From: Bifidobacterium breve | GTDB taxonomy: Bacteria; Actinomycetota; Actinomycetes; Nanopelagicales; Nanopelagicaceae | Length of the DNA stretch: 64,000 bases | NCBI GenBank assembly: GCA_945898065.1 | Contig: CAMDHH010000001.1 | Coordinates: 9,427 to 73,426 of the forward strand | Reading direction: 5' to 3' | Shown: positions 61,612-64,000 of the stretch, in pieces | Layout of the letters: every line of letters begins with the position of its first letter | How positions within the stretch are numbered: the stretch's first letter is position 1 | Translations under genes and position numbers: made by a program | Notes under the pieces: generated by a model | What the model saw: the letters and a program-made list of their open reading frames with translations, nothing else | What the model was told of the DNA's origin: nothing | The model's database searches: none

Positions 61612-62913
61612 TCAATTGAACTCAGCTAAACCCTTTTCAGCTTCAGCGAGCCAAACGCGACGAGCAGCTGCAGATTCAAGTGCCTCCGTGGCCTTCTTAG
61701 TATTTCCGGCTGCACTTGCTTTCGCTGCCGCCTTTTCATAATTCTCAATTGCATCACTGAGTTGGCGAACAACTTCATTCGCACGTGCCTTTGCAGCAGG
61801 GTCAGTCTTGCGCCATACCTCAGCCTCGGCGTTCTTGATTGCCTCTTCGACAACGCGCACACGAGCATCGAGTGCACTGCGCTTGTCACGATGAGTCATG
61901 CCAATTTTTTCCCACGAACGAAGGTGATCGCGAAGTGAGTTCTTAGCCTCTTTCAAATCTTTGATGGGGAGCAGTGCTTCAATGAGTGGAAGCAATTCTT
62001 CCCGCTTTGCAAGATTTGTAGCCATGGTGAGATCGCGTTTTTCTAAGTCAGCAATTTTCGCCGCAAAGAATGCATCTTGTGACTTCTTGAACTTTGCCCA
62101 TAACTTAGTGTCATCACTTGGCTTGCCGCGACCAGCGGCTTTCCAAGCATCCATGAGTGTTTTGAATTGACGCGCTGTTGCGACCCAATCTGTAGATGTA
62201 GCAAGTGCTTCGGCTTGCGCAACGAGTGCTTTCTTGGCATCACTTACTACGCTTTGTGTCGCCTCAAGGGAAGCAAAGTGAGTGCGGCGACGCTTATCAA
62301 ACTTATTGCGTGAACTTGAGAATCTCTTCCAGAGATCGCCATCTGCCTTCTTATCGAGACGAGGTGCAAGCTTCCACTCATCTAGGAGTTGCTTGAGGCG
62401 ATCACCCGTTACTTTCCAATTCTCTGACATAGCAAGAGATTCAGCCTCTACAACAATCTTTTCTTTCTCAACAAGAATTTGTTCACGTCGCGCATTTTTA
62501 GCGGCAACTTCTGCCGCTTTCTTAGCCTCATATGCTTCGCGATGGCCCTCAATGAGTGGCTCTAGTTGTTCCACTGATGAAGCAAGGGCTGCTAAATCTC
62601 CAACACCGTTGAGTTCGCGAACTTGATCACGCAACTTCTTCACAGCTACAAGGGCATCAGATGGAACCATCGCACCGCTTTTGATACGGGCAGCGAGTAG
62701 CGCAATTTCACCTGCGACTAATTCAAATTTTCTAACGAAGTATGCAAGCGCTTCTTCTGCGCTCTTACCTGGATATGAACCAACTGCTTTTTCACCGTCA
62801 GGAGTTCTTACGTAAACCGTTCCATCTTCAGCAACTCGACCAAATTGTGCAGGATCTCCAATGAGAGCACTTGCAGCAGAGGGAGCAATTGATTGTGGGT
62901 TGAAGTCGGACAT
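61612..62913 (-). CDS. DUF349 family coiled-coil protein
   Basis: FGRVAEDGTVYVRT..GE..VGSY, repeated W...LW.RF helical units; syntenic after rel. Confidence 0.92.
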   Translation of the reverse strand: MSDFNPQSIAPSAASALIGDPAQFGRVAEDGTVYVRTPDGEKAVGSYPGKSAEEALAYFVRKFELVAGEIALLAARIKSGAMVPSDALVAVKKLRDQVRELNGVGDLAALASSVEQLEPLIEGHREAYEAKKAAEVAAKNARREQILVEKEKIVVEAESLAMSENWKVTGDRLKQLLDEWKLAPRLDKKADGDLWKRFSSSRNKFDKRRRTHFASLEATQSVVSDAKKALVAQAEALATSTDWVATARQFKTLMDAWKAAGRGKPSDDTKLWAKFKKSQDAFFAAKIADLEKRDLTMATNLAKREELLPLIEALLPIKDLKEAKNSLRDHLRSWEKIGMTHRDKRSALDARVRVVEEAIKNAEAEVWRKTDPAAKARANEVVRQLSDAIENYEKAAAKASAAGNTKKATEALESAAARRVWLAEAEKGLAEFN

Positions 62914-63112
62914 GGTTTATGTTCCTTTCAGCGCGGTGATCTCTTCGAGACCTTCGCTATAGTTTCAACTCCTAAGTTTTTGGTACTTAGGTAGCGGTGA
63001 TGGATGAAGCGTTGTGAAGGGCTAAAAGGTACCCTGTCTCATGGGGTTAGCGTCAATCGCCTCTAAGCGACCAATTATTCGAGCGTGATTTTGAGAAAAT
63101 TAGGTGTCATTG

Positions 63113-63796
63113 ATGCTTGTCGAAGGCTTTGCCGCACCGATGTTCGCGACAAATACATGGATTATTGCCCCTAGCCAAGGCACTGAATGCCTGATCTTTG
63201 ATGCTGGAATGCCAGATACTTCCAAAGAGATAGAAGAAATTGTTGAGAGATTCAAACTAAAGCCGGTAGCCATTATTGCTACCCATGGCCATCTTGATCA
63301 CACATTCTCAATTCGCCCAGTAGCTAATGGCTATTCGATACCGGCATACATTCACAGCGAAGATCGAATCTTGCTGAAGCACCCAAAGCGAGCACTCAGT
63401 GCAGAATTTGCTGCGACATTGGATGAGATGGACTTTGTTGAACCAGCCGATGTTAGAGAATTGCGCAATGGTGATGCGATTGAGATTGTGGGCATGAGAG
63501 TTCAGGCCTTTCATGCACCCGGTCATACCCGAGGCTCAATGATCTTTACGATCGATGATGAAATATTGGTCAGCGGAGATGTTCTCTTTGCTGGTTCGAT
63601 TGGTCGCACCGATCTACCAACAGGGTCAGCAAAAGATATGGAAGAGAGTTTGCGAAAGAAAATTGTGCCACTCGATGATGCTTTGCGAGTGCTGCCGGGT
63701 CACGGCCCAGAAACCACGATTGGTCACGAGCGTCGCACGAATCCGTATCTGAAAAATTTTTCTGAATCATCAAGTAAGAATAAGGGGCGCTTCTAA
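63113..63796 (+). CDS. Metallo-beta-lactamase fold hydrolase (glyoxalase II-like)
   Basis: THGHLDH, PGHTRGS, SGDVLFAGSIGRTD, PGHG, NPY; start at ATG 63113 or GTG 63104. Confidence 0.92.
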   Translation: MLVEGFAAPMFATNTWIIAPSQGTECLIFDAGMPDTSKEIEEIVERFKLKPVAIIATHGHLDHTFSIRPVANGYSIPAYIHSEDRILLKHPKRALSAEFAATLDEMDFVEPADVRELRNGDAIEIVGMRVQAFHAPGHTRGSMIFTIDDEILVSGDVLFAGSIGRTDLPTGSAKDMEESLRKKIVPLDDALRVLPGHGPETTIGHERRTNPYLKNFSESSSKNKGRF

Positions 63797-64000
63797 ATGA
63801 AAAAAGAGAAGATTCAAGCCCCTAAAGGAGTGAGTGAATATGTTCCACCCCAATCTCGCGAATTTGAATGGGTGCGCGATGGCCTTATTGAACCAGCGCG
63901 CTTAGCCGGGTATTCACTTATGGAACTTCCTGTTTTTGAAGACACGCAACTCTTTACACGTGGTGTTGGTGAATCAACAGATGTTGTTTCTAAAGAAATG
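63797..64000 (+). CDS. hisS: Histidine--tRNA ligase (5' part; runs off window end)
   Basis: Manual translation [18 protein letters not shown]...[26 protein letters not shown]. Confidence 0.95.
   Translation, partial: MKKEKIQAPKGVSEYVPPQSREFEWVRDGLIEPARLAGYSLMELPVFEDTQLFTRGVGESTDVVSKEM

Overview
64 kb of a streamlined, low-GC actinobacterial chromosome. Gene content, synteny and very short intergenic spacers point to freshwater acI/Nanopelagicales (Ca. Planktophila-like); this placement is inference. Two conserved actinobacterial blocks dominate. The first (1-36.4 kb) runs glnA, RDD, DUF4191, lipAB, dlaT, lpdA, pepA, gcvT, DUF3043, nadA, iscA-like, adenosine kinase, ctaCDF, qcrBAC, ctaE, trpD. 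The second (44.2-64 kb) runs tRNA-Val/Cys/Gly, thrS, HIT, pgsA-acyltransferase-pimA, pdxST, yebC, ruvCAB, secDF, rel, DUF349, MBL hydrolase, hisS. A cobalamin riboswitch precedes an ECF importer at 16.9-20.9 kb. An accessory segment (36.5-44.2 kb) abuts tRNA-Val. Its best candidate for an undescribed system is a ferredoxin/reductase/cytochrome P450 operon coupled to a cytoplasmic NHL propeller that keeps the PAL (peptidyl-alpha-hydroxyglycine lyase) catalytic motifs, divergent from a pentein amidino-group enzyme. Other notable signals: a cysteine-desulfurase homologue lacking its PLP residues next to TusA, a miniature P-loop-less EF-G2 remnant, paired substitutions at the cytochrome oxidase Mg site, two paralogous Cys-rich surface proteins, an uncalled 56-aa membrane protein and pervasive leaderless promoters. 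No CRISPR array, integrase, transposase, prophage or rRNA was seen. All family calls come from motif recognition by eye, not database searches.
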